Part shown: in pieces, positions 12,896 through 26,473 of the stretch | Layout: every line of letters starts with the position of its first letter | Numbering within the stretch: the first letter of the stretch is position 1 | Assembly: GCA_965113315.1 (NCBI GenBank) | Contig: OZ220376.1 | DNA length: 64,000 nucleotides | Strand: one strand, 5' to 3' | Origin: Podarcis vaucheri | Lineage: Eukaryota | Position numbers and translations under genes: made by a program | Notes under the pieces: model-generated | Told to the model about the DNA's origin: nothing | Databases searched by the model: none | The model's input: the letters and a program-made list of their open reading frames with translations, nothing else

Positions 12896-13005
12896 GCAAG
12901 TCGTGATAACGGTTCACAATTTACAGTCCACAAATGTTTTATGATTTTCTGCCTTTTTTATTGGAGAAGAAAAACGTTGCACTGCAGTGTTCCATCAGTG
13001 CTACA

Positions 13006-13255
13006 CAGCCGTACCTTGGAAGTCGAACGGAATCCGTTACGGAAGTCCTTTCGACTTCCAAAACGTTCGGAAACCAAAGCGCGGCTTCTGATTGGCTGCA
13101 GGAAGCTCCTGCAGCCAATCAGAAGCCACGGAAGCCCCACTGGGTGTTCGGCTTCCAAAAATAGTTCGCAAACCAGTACACTCACTTCCGGGTTTGTGGC
13201 GTTCGGGAGCCAAAATGTTTGAGAACTAAGCTGTTCATAAACCAAGGTACGACTA
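13006..13255. mobile_element. Tc1/mariner MITE related to the 4403-5043 element
   Basis: CAGCCGTACCTTGG...CCAAGGTACGACTA termini; shared internal GTTCGGCTTCCAAAA motif. Confidence 0.8.
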
Positions 13256-15159
13256 TACTTAGTTTAGTGCTGGGAGAGAACTGGACGCTGAGAGTGCAAG
13301 GGCTCATGATAGCAACTCAGAGAAGCCAGGGCACTATAGGGTGAAATGCACACGCCAAAGGCATTTTGAGAGACATGCTGTGTATCAGTGTTGATATGTT
13401 AATGCTAGGAGACTCCAAGCCAAGATGGCTCCAAGGAACAATTAATGGACACAAAGGAAACTATAGGAAGGACAGGGAAGGGCATACTGAAGGTTATGTT
13501 GTTCTCTGCATCAAAGAGGACCTAGAGTTCAACAAGTAAGAAAATCTCAAAGGGGCAGGCTTTTCCCACATAATCACTGTGGGTGGTAATGCTATTTATT
13601 ATTAATAATAAGTTTTATTCTGCCCTTCCTCCTACAGAATACTTTCGGGGACTTCTTCCTACAGAGGCAAATATACCTATAAGAATTCATTTAAAAAACA
13701 GTTTTTAAAAACAGTTTCCGCTAAAAACATTGTAAAAACATTCTGCTACCAGGTCCCAAGAGTAATTTAATACTGCAGATGTTCCCTCGTGAAAGAAGGC
13801 AACTTCTTTCAGAACATAAAATTCCCTTCAAATATAGCAGCTTGGGTGGAGGTGTGAACAGGACTGACTTTCAGATAACCTTGCTCCAATACTGTCACTT
13901 GCAAGCATTGGCGTTGGATTGTGCCACAGGTCAGCTATGCCCCACCACAATCATCTTGCTGAATACACTCAGAAAAAGAGACAGAAGGCATCCAACACTG
14001 TGTTGGGGTTTGGTGATTGATGGAAGTAGTAGCCATTAACAGAGTCTCATCAAGCAAAAGCTAATCAGGACCCTGGACAGCTTCCAGTGGGTCTTCCTGG
14101 ATGAGCTTTGGAAAATGTTGTCTCAGCACAACATTAGCTCAAGAAATGTTGCAAAACGTTGCCCCCCCCCCAAAAAAATCACATATGTCAGGATGAAAGG
14201 TGTTTAGAAATGAATAATTGTGATAAACTGCATGTGAGAAAAGATTTTGTGATAAAATATGTATTTAAATGTCATGCTTTTTAAAGATGTACAGAATAAT
14301 GTGGATGGGATGGTAGGACCTTATGAATTAACACTTGTGACATTGATACATACTGTGAATAGACTGATTGGTCCTTACCTATCACCCATGTGTAAATTTT
14401 TGCACAGTTCTGTCTTTATGAAAGATGCATCAACTTCCACCTTCAATATGCATCTGGTGGCTGAAAGTTGAATATTTTATGCTATGCTCCTGTACTATAC
14501 AATATGCTCTATGCTTGAACCAAGCAGTGGTCATCTGCACAAGCTACAGAATGGGGATAGTGGCAATGATGCGCTTCAAAGCAATATGGTCCATCTTCAA
14601 TATGGTACTAATGGTCCCTATATTGATGTGGCTTTGCTACACCTGCAAAATGTAAAGGAGCCAGAGTTACTGGAAGGAACACAGAATCAGGCAGCCTTCT
14701 TTTTATTTATACAACCAAAGCACTTACCCAAAGCATTGGCTTCTGTGCATCTACCCAGCCCTGTTTTCTTGAGTTCAGATTCCGTGTTTAGGCAGGGGAC
14801 AGTCAAGATGTTCTCATTTGGCTCCCTTTCTGAATGTCCCCTTTTTGCCACCGCCACTGTTGCTTTTTCTGACTCACTGGCCTTCCCCTCTGGGCTCAAT
14901 CTGCAGCATCTCCCAGAGCTGATAGAGAAACCATGCAGATGCTACTACTCTTTGTCACCACTTGCTCAGAAAAAGGCAAGTGAATAGGAGGCAGCAGCAA
15001 GGGATTGGCAGGGCACCCCTGGTGGATCATGGGTTTCAGGAGGTGCACATCAGTGCTGACTCCTGACACTGCCCATGATGTTAGGTGTAACAAACACATT
15101 TCTGTTAAACTTGTTTGAAGAAGCGGGTTTGAGTCATTATTTATTCTTTTCTCCAACAG

Positions 15160-15288
15160 GACTTTAAAGCCCATGTGATTCACCATTTTGCTGCCCTTGC
15201 CTTGATGTTCCTCTCCTGGTGTAGCAATCACGTCCGCATAGGAACGATGGTCATGCTCATCCATGACTCTGCAGATTTCTGGCTGGAG
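15160..15288 (+). CDS. CERS3: CERS3 coding exon 7, Lag1p motif (DFKAHVIHH...[10 protein letters not shown])
   Basis: ccaacag acceptor, GAG|GTAAAA donor, 129 nt, catalytic HH pair and HD..D intact. Confidence 0.97.
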
Positions 15289-16609
15289 GTAAAAGCTGTT
15301 TGGTTTCAAGTGCCTTCTATTTATAAGATCATACTGGGTTTGTGTTCTTTGTTTTGCTCGTTCAGACATTTGGTTTGACAAGCGAAGACAGTCAATTTTG
15401 GCCTATGTAGTTGTCAACCAGTTTTACGTGAAGGGCAACTGATGTCCCATTGGGAAATGAAAGTGCTTTCCTTTGAAAATTATTTTGCACTTTCAAAGGT
15501 CTATATAACAAGCATTTGAGAACTTCTCCCTCAATCTATTTTGGTTGGCTGAGTCAAAAGTGGTAGATGGATCAATGGAGGTTGCATTTGTTTTGATTCG
15601 TATATTTGCAAATGATGTGAGACTGTGTGAAGCATTGGTCAGTAGTGCTATAGCCAGCTCTAAGTCTACCCCCCCCCCTTGTTCCTCATGTAAGATGTTG
15701 TTTGTGTGGAGCCTAGCAGGTGTCTTGGCTAGGTTTCTAGCATAAAGTTTGGAGGGAACACCCAGAAAACTAATAGGGCGATAATTCTTGTGAAGGGACT
15801 TCAGGATGGATCTGGAAGCATATTCCTCCCCCCAACTATGTTCCTGATCCTTCAGAGGGAGTGCAACCTTGTCCAGAACTGGTGAACTACCCAACTCCCA
15901 GACCCGAGAACCGCTCATTCACAGTGCCTCCATCTCACCAGGATTCTGTTTCAGCTTGTTGGCCCTCATCCATCCAGGCACTGTTTTAAAAGAGTCAGAG
16001 CTTCTCCTGAGTCATATGTAGCAGAGAGTTAGAGCTGGGTGTCATACTGATGATACCCTGCCCCATATCTCCTAATGACCGCTTCCAGCAGCTTCATATT
16101 GTTATTGAACAGCATTGGAGAGGAGCACTGCAGGGAAGATGCTGGCATAGGAAGAATTACACCATTGGTCCCTCCCTATCTGCACTGGGCCAGAAGTATG
16201 GAGTGCCGGAGGTGTCAGTACCAGTGGGGTGGGACGGAAGTGCAGTGAGATATGCTTTGATAGCTCTCGCAGGGAGGTTTAGAAAGGACTGGGAGTGGCA
16301 GACTGCAGATTAGATGAAAGCCTATGGAAGTAGGAAGCAAGCTGCTATTGATTTATCGAGCTCAATATTGTCAGCACTGACCAGCAACTGCTCTTCAGGC
16401 TTCCAGACAGGGAACATTCCCAACTCTACCTGGACGTCTCCAAGATTGAACCAGGGACCTCCTTCATACAAGACAGAGAACCATACCAAGAAGGGCCAGC
16501 TCATGGCTGTTCTAGCGCACTGTGCAACTGTTTGATAATCCTGGAGATTTGAAAGAGGGGAATCTCCTAAATTTATGGATGTTGCCTAATGGATTTGTTT
16601 GCATTCCAG

Positions 16610-16716
16610 GCAGCAAAGATGTTCAACTACGCTCGCTGGGAGAAAACTTGCAGTTTCTTCTTCGTTGTCTTCTCCATTGCATTCTTCATCACGCGAATGA
16701 TTTTCTTCCCCTTTTG
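16610..16716 (+). CDS. CERS3: CERS3 coding exon 8 (AAKMFNYARWEKTCSFFF...FPFW)
   Basis: ttccag acceptor, TG|GTGAGT donor, 107 nt. Confidence 0.96.
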
Positions 16717-18615
16717 GTGAGTTGCTTCATATGGACTAGCAACGTGAACACATGTTCAGGGTAAAACAAAGGGTTGTATCCAATGTAGCACTACATAATG
16801 GGCCTATCCAGATAGGAATTTCCACTTTCTCAATAGAACTCCCCTGCCTCTCCTGAAAAGTGTTCTACACTTCCCTCAATCATCTGGAGGAGATTTGGGG
16901 AGGGTGGGGAGAGCAGAGGAGAGGAGCAGAGCCTAAAGTTCAATTGCGCGAGCGGAGATCCTTACACTGATGGGATGCATTAGTCGGACACCAATATTAC
17001 AAAATTCAACTTTTGTTATAGTAGTGATTGTGCCCTCTGTTGGCTGTGTTCAAGGGTGAGTGGCATTTGTTATTCAAGAAGGAACACCTAGTCCTGCATC
17101 AGTCTGCCTAGGTCCTTAGATCAGGGATGGAGATCAATGGATGAAAGGCGGGTTAAAAATGCCCTTAATAAAAGAATGAATGATACTGCCTGAATGGCAC
17201 CACCCATAAAGAGAGGAAGAGACCTCCTTGCAGGTGTAGAGGGGTTCACTGAGATATACAGAAGTGGAAAAACAAGCAAACAAACAGGAGCAATCTTGAA
17301 TTGAAAAACTGAATGAATATGGCAAGTTCTGTAGAGGTTATTTTAAATTTCTTTTTTTACTTTCCTTTTTTTCTGATCCTTTTATATTTCTGAAATAATG
17401 AGGCTTGGGGGCTTCCTTTTGAAGAAGGAAGGCACAGAGCACCAATGTGCCTTTGCTTCTACACATGGTCCATTAACTTTGTGTTGCTGTTTGGTATGAG
17501 AGGAGCATGATGAGCTTTAGGATAGAAAACCTTTCCTGGCTGCCTTTGATTTGAGCTCTCATCTGTGTTTGTGCTCTGTCAGCATTCAAGTGTGTCTGTT
17601 CTTAATTTTAGCATTGCCTTTTTTTTTTAATAGACTTTTTGTTTTGTTCTGCATTTTACTTTTAACTACTGTACACTGCCTTGATGCCCTAAGGGCAGCA
17701 TAAAAGCCAACCACAATTACAGTGATCCATGATGTTCTTTGGAAAGTGGCTTGTCTCTCTCCTCTGTGCATTTGGACACCTCTTGCAATATTGCAACCAA
17801 ATTTTGCATGATGGTTCCTGAGATCAAGGAGTAGGATTTCATCTGTATTTCGATACAGTTGGACACCATTTTGAATCAAGGCGGCAGGCTGAACAGATGG
17901 TTCCTCAATCCTTCCCCCTGCAAATATTTATATTTTTATTGACTTTTCAATAATATGCATTAAAGGAGCACAATAATATCCATACAAAGAAGAAAAAATG
18001 TCAATACCCCCCCTCTTGTCAGAAGTCAGGTAAGTATTATCCATATTCTATAGTATGTCCTTTACCCATGTTTGGTTACTATCTAGTTTTGTATCCCTTC
18101 AACACGGTTTTTTATCATAGTTTCTATCACTCAACAGAGATAGGGCACACACCAACATAGTTTTGACAAAGGAAAAGCAACCAGGAAGTCAAGATGAGTA
18201 CTGATGCAGCCAACATAATGTTCTCCAGTCCACATGTAATCAGTGGCCACCAATTGGCCTAGAAAACACCCGATTTCTCTCTTTTCCTTTCAATACTGCT
18301 GCACCATGAGTTGTTTCCTCTGCAAGTGCTAGTCTCCAGACATTTTTGAACCATAGTTGAACCTCATTCCTGTGATGAAGGGCCAGGTTTTCAACCATGC
18401 TTGGACATGATTTGGTGCCATCTTGAATCAAGATGGTAAATTGAACCTTTCAAGGCTGCACAGATTTCAACTGCTGGTATCAAAATGGCACTGATCTCTT
18501 TGTCTTGTGGAATTCCCAAGCAAAGCAGGTCATGGGGATGTTAGTAAAGGCATACACTGCTTAAAATCCACCAGGGTCCCATGCACACTTTGTCACAATA
18601 CTTTTTCTATTTCAG

Positions 18616-18772
18616 GATTCTACGATCCTCATTGATCTATCCTATGTATTATACACAGACATTAGTCCTAGCATATGTCGTCTACAATGTACCTTTATTG
18701 ATCCTGCAAGGTCTGCATCTGTACTGGGGCTACTTAGTTTTCAAAATTCTGAAGAAATTCATCTTTATAAAG
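18616..18772 (+). CDS. CERS3: CERS3 coding exon 9 (ILRSSLIYPMYY...LHLYWGYLVFKILKKFIFIK)
   Basis: tttcag acceptor, AAG|GTAAGA donor, 157 nt, LQxLHLYW motif. Confidence 0.96.
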
Positions 18773-20752
18773 GTAAGACTTAAGCTTCAGCCAAAGCATC
18801 CGCGTAAGTGTATGATTTGGGCAGAAGTCCATTTGATAATGATAGACTAGGAAACTCCCAGTTCTCTTAACTCTTCGCTTTTTAAGAACTATCATTTACA
18901 TCAAGGGCAGGAAAACTCAGGTCTGGGGTCCAGAATGCAGCCCTCCATGCCCAGGGGTACCAACTTCAATAAAATATTTGGGGGGGGGGCAGGTAAATCC
19001 CACCCCTCATAACTGATCACAAGACAGGGCTCTCCCAAACCATCTGAATGGCAATGGCCAGCCCCCTCAATGGCCAGCCCCCTCAAATATTTTATTGGGG
19101 GGTCGAAAGGACCTTGGCTTCTAGTTGTTGGCTCCTATGTCCATGTCTCTATGTATGACCCCTGTATGTATGTGTTTGCAGTTTTACACAATATTTTAGA
19201 AATGGAGCATCAAAACAGCAGTTGTCTGTACAGTGGTGGTCATAATACCGCCCTTCCTTTGCCATCTGGGATGACTTCAGGAGGCTCTCCCTCCCATCTG
19301 TTTTCCAAAGGGTTTGCAAAGTTGGCTGTGAAGGCGGCTTGTGTCCCCAAAGCTGTTAAGCAGATTTCAAAAGCAACTTGCTTGGCAGGCCATGTCACGA
19401 GATCATCTGTTTATAGAAGTTGGCACTATACTAGATATTTAAATGCATATCTCTCTGCAGCCATCCCCACTGCTGCAACTACATATTGCTGGTTCAGGGG
19501 AATGCCAATTAGATGTGGGCCTCGATTTAGCAAGATTTTGTCTCTGTGTCTAGTTACTTTTTGGTGGTATTCATTCAGGAAGCAAAGTTTATTTTTTATC
19601 AACAGCAGGAATTAAGACAATTCCAAATTGTAACCTCAGGGGCAGTACCACTGGCTGTAGGAAATGTGTGACCATTGCCAAAGTTTTCCATCTCCTCTTC
19701 CTTGTATCATTGATTCATGCAAAATGAACAAGGTGATCCCTATTTCACTTCATTGGCTGCTGCTTCTGAGGGTAGGGAAACTGGTAGCATGATGAAATCA
19801 CAGCATGTATTTCATATCACTACACAAAAACCTTAAGAGGAGCGCCTGTAGCTCAGTGGCAGAGCCCAAAAGCGTCCTGGTTCAATTCCCCGGGATCCCC
19901 CAGGACTTGGAAAGACTCTTGGCTGAAACTCTAGAAAGCTGCTGCAAGTCTGTGCAGGTCTAGCTCAGGATAACACAGCTTCCAATGTTCTCAGGGGAGA
20001 GGCCATAGATCAATGATGCCGCAGATAGTTTGCAAGAAAAAGATAACACATTCAGTCCGTGGCATCTTTCCCATACGAAACTCTGGAGAGGGCTGAAATC
20101 AAATCAAGTTTGTAACCTAGGCAAATGCAGAGGACATGGACATGGACTCATTATGACAGCACCCTGTGTTCCAGCTGTCTGGCATGCTCTTTTCAGCAGC
20201 AAGTAGATGCATATCCTCCTTCATCTCTAGTTCTTTATATGTAGGAACATCAGTTCTACAAGCAACATTTTATGGCTGTGGTTCTTAACTATTTTGGGGG
20301 TCGCTGACCTCTTTGAGAATCTGATGAAAGCTATGGGCCCCTTTCCCCAGTAAAATGCAAATAAAGGCATAACGCTAAGTTTATTGCATTGGGGAAATTT
20401 GTGTGTGTGTATGTTGTTCATGGATGCCCTGATGGTCCATGGACCACAGGTTAAGAATGCCTACTTTGTGGCTTCAAAATAACCTAAACACCTGTCTGAG
20501 CCCTTATATCCCAGCCCAGTCACTGAGATTATCCATTCCAGATGTATTAACACATGTTACAGAGACCCAATTGGCCTACACTGGATGTTGGGCATTTTGT
20601 GTTGCAAGTCCGCTGCCTATGAGATACTCTTCCAGCATATATTTGGCAGAGGCATTCTCACTTTTGACTTTCAGACACCTCGTAGAAACCTTTGTTATGC
20701 AGACAGCCCTGTTCGGTTTTTAGTTTATCTGTATTGGTGTCTGTGTGTGTTT

Positions 20753-21420
20753 TGTCCTGAACCCCTGGCCTGCCTGGCAGCAAGTCAGCTTGTCAAGTGC
20801 AAAGTATAAAAACCAGGGGTTAATCCACACAAGAAATGTCCAAAGGTCAGGAAACACAGTCCAGGATTAATCCAAGTAGCCAAGTCTGAAGTCCAGGAGA
20901 CAGTCCAGAGTCAAACCCGAAGCACAGTCCCATAGAGAACATCCAAGTCAAGGTCCCTCAACATGGGCAGCTGAGCAGACACAACCCCTCAGCTCTTGTT
21001 TCCCTTTTGTTCTTTGCATGCTGATTGCAACATCTGGGCTTGGTGAAGCATGTGACACTCACCTGTTCTGAGCCTACTGAGGAATCACACACCTCTTCCC
21101 AGAGCTAGCAAGCCCTACCTGGCTAGCTAGTGAGCTGGGCTGTGGGCTCTTGCCTGTCTCAGTTTCCTAGAGTGCTACTCCTGCTTCTCCCTACTCCTCA
21201 GAGAGTAGACAGGGGCCCCTTTGGCTCTGGTGATGGGTCCCAATGCTCTTGTTCCTGCACATTGATCCCCATCTCCTCGCCATCCTCTATCACCCTGTGA
21301 GTACTTCCTTCCCCATCCCCTTGCCAGGATCCCATTTCTCCTCCTCCTGTCTTCTCCTTCTCCTTCTCCTTCTCCTTCTCCTTCTTCTTTTTCTTCTTCT
21401 CATCCTGCCAGTTCATGTCA
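20753..21420. mobile_element. Solo LTR in CERS3 intron 9
   Basis: TGTCCTGAAC...GTTCATGTCA termini, 5-bp TSD TGTTT on both sides, second copy at 38080. Confidence 0.8.
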
Positions 21421-22550
21421 TGTTTTAACTTTGTACACCACCCTAATATTTTGTGATATAGAATGTCATTTGTGGAATAGAAATACTTTTATACATAAAT
21501 GTACTATGCACTTGCGAAGGGCCAGTTCACCAGTTGGATTTCCTGAATTTGTCACCAGTTGGATTTCCTGAATTTGTGATTTTGAAGAAAAGGTTTTGTT
21601 TGCCATGTCAGGTTAGGTTAGGGAATAGTAACACAGAATCCACTCCCCACTCACAACCCTGTTTTGTGCTGTTTGAGCTACCATCTTGATGTTCAAGGAT
21701 TTCTGTTGCTAAGAAGCCCATTTTGTTTCTGTAATACAACTCCCTCTTGCAGTTACAATGCGCTCTTGAGTCAAGCTTCCAGCATCACTGAAACACGTCC
21801 AGAGCCATAATGTCTAAACATAGGGTGGATATTTTAGGGACAAGCTTTAAAACATGTGGGTAATTGAGGATGTGGAATGATGTACTGGTGGAAAGTATCT
21901 TGCCAAAGGGAATCCACTGAGATTAACTGCTTTCTTTCCAGAGCTGAATGAATGAGTATAAAGGATGGCTATGCATCTATACTACTGAGGCAAATTAAGG
22001 CAGGACACTTTTAGAGCATGGCTATTAAAGGATACTGCCGTTGTCTGAGATGTGCAGAATGCCTGTAGGTTTTGAGTTTTTGACTTATACCCTATGCAAG
22101 CATTAGATTGCCAGGCTGTGTGTTGTGCCATACCCACAGCATCCAGTTAAATCACTCATATGCCAGCCATGGCTTCCCAAAGAATTCTGAGAACCATGTT
22201 TTGTTGAGGGATCTGATCTCATGAACCTACAATTAACAAACAGCTCCTAGGATTCTCCTGGACTCTTAAAATGGTATAAGAGTGCTTTAAATGGATGTTG
22301 TGTGGATGTGACTTCAGAATAGATGATCATGTGATAGAAAAAGCCTAGCTCCTCCTCATTCCTTTGAGCAGAGCCAATCCAGTGGCTTGGGAAGGAGGGG
22401 TTCATACAGATGTAAGTGATCCCTCAAACAGCCCGGTCCCAAATGTTTTAGGGCTTCAGAGATCAAAAACAGCCCCTTAAATTATCCAGCATCGTAAGGA
22501 AGAACCAGTCACCTGGGTCTTGCCCATAAAAAGCAAGTCTAGAGTGAGGG

Positions 22551-22686
22551 CAGGCATCCCCCAACTCGGCCCTCCAGATGTTTTGGGACTACAACTCCCA
22601 TCATCCCTAGCTAGCAGGACCAGTGGCCAGGGGTGATGGGAATTGTAGTCCCAAAACAGCTGGAGGGCCAAGTTTGGGGGTGCCTG
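22551..22686. mobile_element. Palindromic hAT-like MITE (GGACTACAACTCCCATCA family; other copies near 23455, 24215, 26330, 56240)
   Basis: Long terminal inverted repeats CAGGCATCCCC...GGGGGTGCCTG. Confidence 0.8.
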
Positions 22687-24377
22687 GACTAGGGTGATGC
22701 CTGCTGTTTCCAGGAACTCTTTAACATTGTGAGACTTTTTGTGTGGGTGAGCTGAGAGTTTGTTTGGACCGTGGGCGAGACCCCAGAGGCTGAGAGGGAG
22801 GTTGCGTTAGAAGGAAAATGAACTGATACTGATTTATACATATTAGTGACAAAAGTCACAATTTTATATATAACTCTGCATTTTTTGTCTGTTGTTGCTT
22901 CAGTTTTTTGTACACCGTTTAGAGGTGTTTTTATGTTTATGGAAACCAAAGAATCAAATCACTCAGACCAAATTGGGACAAATGACGCCCAGGGCAAGTG
23001 GCGCATTTTTGTGTGTGTACCTCATCAATCACGTTCTTCTTATGTTCTTAACTGACTTTAGAGAGGATGTGCAACCCTCTTTAAAACTGGTTGCAAATCT
23101 CTTTCAAGATCAGCTGCCTTTCGGACCAACAGTACCTCTATCTTCTTTGACTTAAGCATCGGGGCTTTCTTTTTTGCCCTTATCCAACCCAGAATTGCTT
23201 CCAGTCAGATACTCATTCTGGATTTCCTCTGCTTTCTTTGAACTTGTTAATGGGAAAGCAAAGGCAGAGCTCTAGAGAAAGCAGCTTGGATCTGGATGTG
23301 GAAGTCCCCCAAGATCAAAAGCCTTGAGGTCCTCAGCACTACCTCTGAGATCAACCCCACTAATCTGGGCAGAGAGACCATTAGAAATGGGATGGATAGT
23401 GCACTAACAGAATCCCAAACCTGCCTTAAACCTCTGATGCAGTGGTAGCCGATGTGGTGCCCTCCAGTTCTTGTGGACTGAAACTCCAGCATGGCTATTG
23501 GTCAGGGATGATGGTAGTTGTAGTCTAGGATGTCTGAAAGGCACTATGTCGGCTACCCCTTCTCTAACACCCGGGACTGACATTTGAAACTGATGCACTG
23601 GGTGGGGAAGATTTAACGTGAACCTTGTGAAATGTTCCTTGGGATGTCTCCATATCTTGCACCCAATTTTGTTTGTTTTTTTGCTTGCTAGTATTGTCTT
23701 GCTTGCAAAGCCTTCAGGGTTCAGAAACTGCCATATTTTGAGCCAATCAGCAATCTCATTTTGAGTAAGAACCTTAGCTTGGTGTTGCTTCAGCAATTTT
23801 TGTTGGCTCCTCACCAAGGGTGTTTCCTACCACTGTAATTTTGGTCTGGATGATTACAGTGTTGCTAACACCTTGTGAGAAGCTTTGATGCGAAGGGATA
23901 ATGGAAAATCCCAGCGGAGCCAAACTGATTGTATGCTAATGTTTTTCTTGGTATTGGCCATCAAATCTGCCTGTAGTTATTTCTGCCCCAACCACAGATC
24001 TTTCACCACCACCACTTCTTTGGCTCAAGATTTTCCTCCCTACTTTTTTCTCTCAGTGTCATATCCGAGATGTTTCCGCAGATGTTTCCACACTGGTTCC
24101 ATTCAGTTTATTGTAATAGCTGTCAACTAAAAAAATGTAGCAGGGGGCCTGGGAATCCTGCAAAATATCCAGCAATCGCTTGTGGAGAAGTCTTGGTGCC
24201 AGCACCAAGGAGAACCTTTCACCCTCCAGATGTTTTTGGACTACAGCTCCCATCATCCCTGACAATTGGCCATGCTGTCTTGGCTGATGGGAATTGGAGT
24301 TCAACAACATTTGAAGGAACAAAAGTTCCCTACCATTGGCTTAAGGTGAGGGTCTTGCCCACCTTTGGTCCTCAAAC

Positions 24378-24381
24378 ACAC

Positions 24382-24420
<39 letters not shown>
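24378..24420. repeat. (CA)n microsatellite
   Basis: Direct reading. Confidence 0.95.
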
Positions 24421-24421
<1 letters not shown>

Positions 24422-26473
24422 CTGAAGGTGCCAAGGATTAAACCGGAATCTTTATGCATGCAAAGCATGAACTATGAGCTGTCTCTAATAAGCTCTTTAA
24501 GAAAGTAGGGTGAGATTGTCTTGTTTTTCATGTTCTCCTTTTGAAAACAGGTTTTCAGGTTTACCTCTATGATCATGCCATTTGGGGGCGGATGGATGTG
24601 GGCTAATGGAAGCTAAAGACTCCTGATGATTTTATCTCAGTCTTTGCATAAGTATCAAGTAATGCGGAGAGCATTGTAGAGCCTGGGCCACAACTCTGCC
24701 TTAAAAACCTCAGGTTGGGATAGCTGTGTCAGTAGAGCGTAAGACTCTTAACCCCAGGGTCTTGGGTTGGAGCTCCACATTGGGCAACATATTCCTGCAC
24801 TGCAGGGGGTTGGACCAGATGGCCCTTGTGGTTCTTTCCAGCTCTACAACTCTATGAGTCTAGGTTTCCATAGCCAATATCTGCCTCTCTTTCTACCATA
24901 AACATTCTCCACTGGTTAAAGGCAGACGCTTTTGTAGAAAACCCCAGAGACGTGGTAAAGTATACTACCGTATTAAAACATTGTCTTCTCCTTCAAGTTC
25001 ACTCTTGAGTCCCGTTCCTCCCAGTTGTGACAGAAGAGTCCTTGCTGCTACAGTTGCGGTACGTCGCACCACCTTGCTTTCCGGTGTGCGAAGCAGCAGG
25101 TCAGGCGCTGTTCCAACACAACAACAAATGAAAGCAGAGCAAACTCAGCATCTTCGGAGCTGCGGTTCACATGTTGGTCACCAGTCATTTTATAGTCAGT
25201 TATCCTTTCCAGGTGCTTCCTATCTCACATATCCCAGCCTGGGCTAAAATTGGCGATGACAAGGTAAGCACCAGCTCTGGCATCCGCATGCTCACCCTGG
25301 ATGCATGCTCCGCCCTGGTGTCCTGGGCACCTAACAGAATCTCCAAGCCAATGGTAATCATTTGCAAAACGGCACATCAAATTGAACTACTGATTCATCT
25401 CCTCTGTGATGCAGCTTGTTCTGTAAATCATGTCTGTGGTGCTGATTCTCTTGAGTTCTGTATAAATCATATTTACCCACAATCATCTTTTCCTCTTAAC
25501 CTCTTGTCCCATTGAGATTCACTGGCCTCTCTGAAGGCTCACCTTTTCCTTTTGTTTATTAGTAGACTAACCGTCTTCCAGTAGGGAGTTAGACTGCCCT
25601 AGAAGTGGGAGAGATTTCCTGCTCTGGGACATATGTACCGAAGGATTTGGCTTCTGTTCTCCTTTTCGTCTTTACTGATTTGAGACACCGTTGTTGTTTC
25701 ATGGTTGATCAAAGAAATTACTCAGATCACTTTTGCCATTTAGGACCTTGTTTGGTGAACCAGCTTCTTTTGGCTTAAGTTTCTCTTTTTTTTAGTAGGT
25801 CATTTTTCTATTAGAGGTCTCTACAATTAGACAATTCTGTCTCCAAAAGTGGCAAGTTCTGTTCAGTATCGAAGAAAGTAATGCATGTTTCCATTTCCTG
25901 TTGCTCACATTTCCATGAAGTTAACTGGGAGAGTGTGGGTGGCTATTGTGGTTGTCTTTACCAAGAGCTGTTGAACTTTAGCACTAATTAAAAATCTGAT
26001 TATACTGCCAGGGATCAGCACATCCTGTGTCCTGCAAATCCTGATTCTCCTTTTAATCTTACACCACTTCATTTTAACTGCACTGAGAGTGGCAACACCT
26101 TTGCTATTCACTTTCCCCCAAACAATTCATTAATTCCCATGTGTTCTATATCCCTGGAAGCATCTCTATAGTCTTTCCAACCTCCTGCCACTCAGAATCC
26201 AGATCAGACTAAGAGTGCAGGATCAGACTAAGGGTGCATTTCCTCAACACCCTTTTTCCAGAAGCAGGCAGCCAGATGCAGCTAGCATTCCATGGACCAC
26301 AATTTTGGAACCTCTGCTCTAATCTTATGATGAGGAACCTATTGCTCTCCAGATGTTGTTGGGTTCCAACCTTCCATCATCCCCAGCCAGCATGGGATGA
26401 TGATAGGGGCGATGGGAGTTGGGAATCCAAAAACATCTGGAGGGCCACAGGTTTTCACACCATTACCATAACA

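Noticed and set aside
14379-14642. Minus-strand exon-like segment with good acceptor and donor
   Set aside because: Stops in all three frames and no recognisable family
19070-19615. 181-aa ORF (also 14484-14987 and 35631-36218)
   Set aside because: No domain, no splice context, span repeats or low-complexity DNA; lengths plausible by chance in 64 kb
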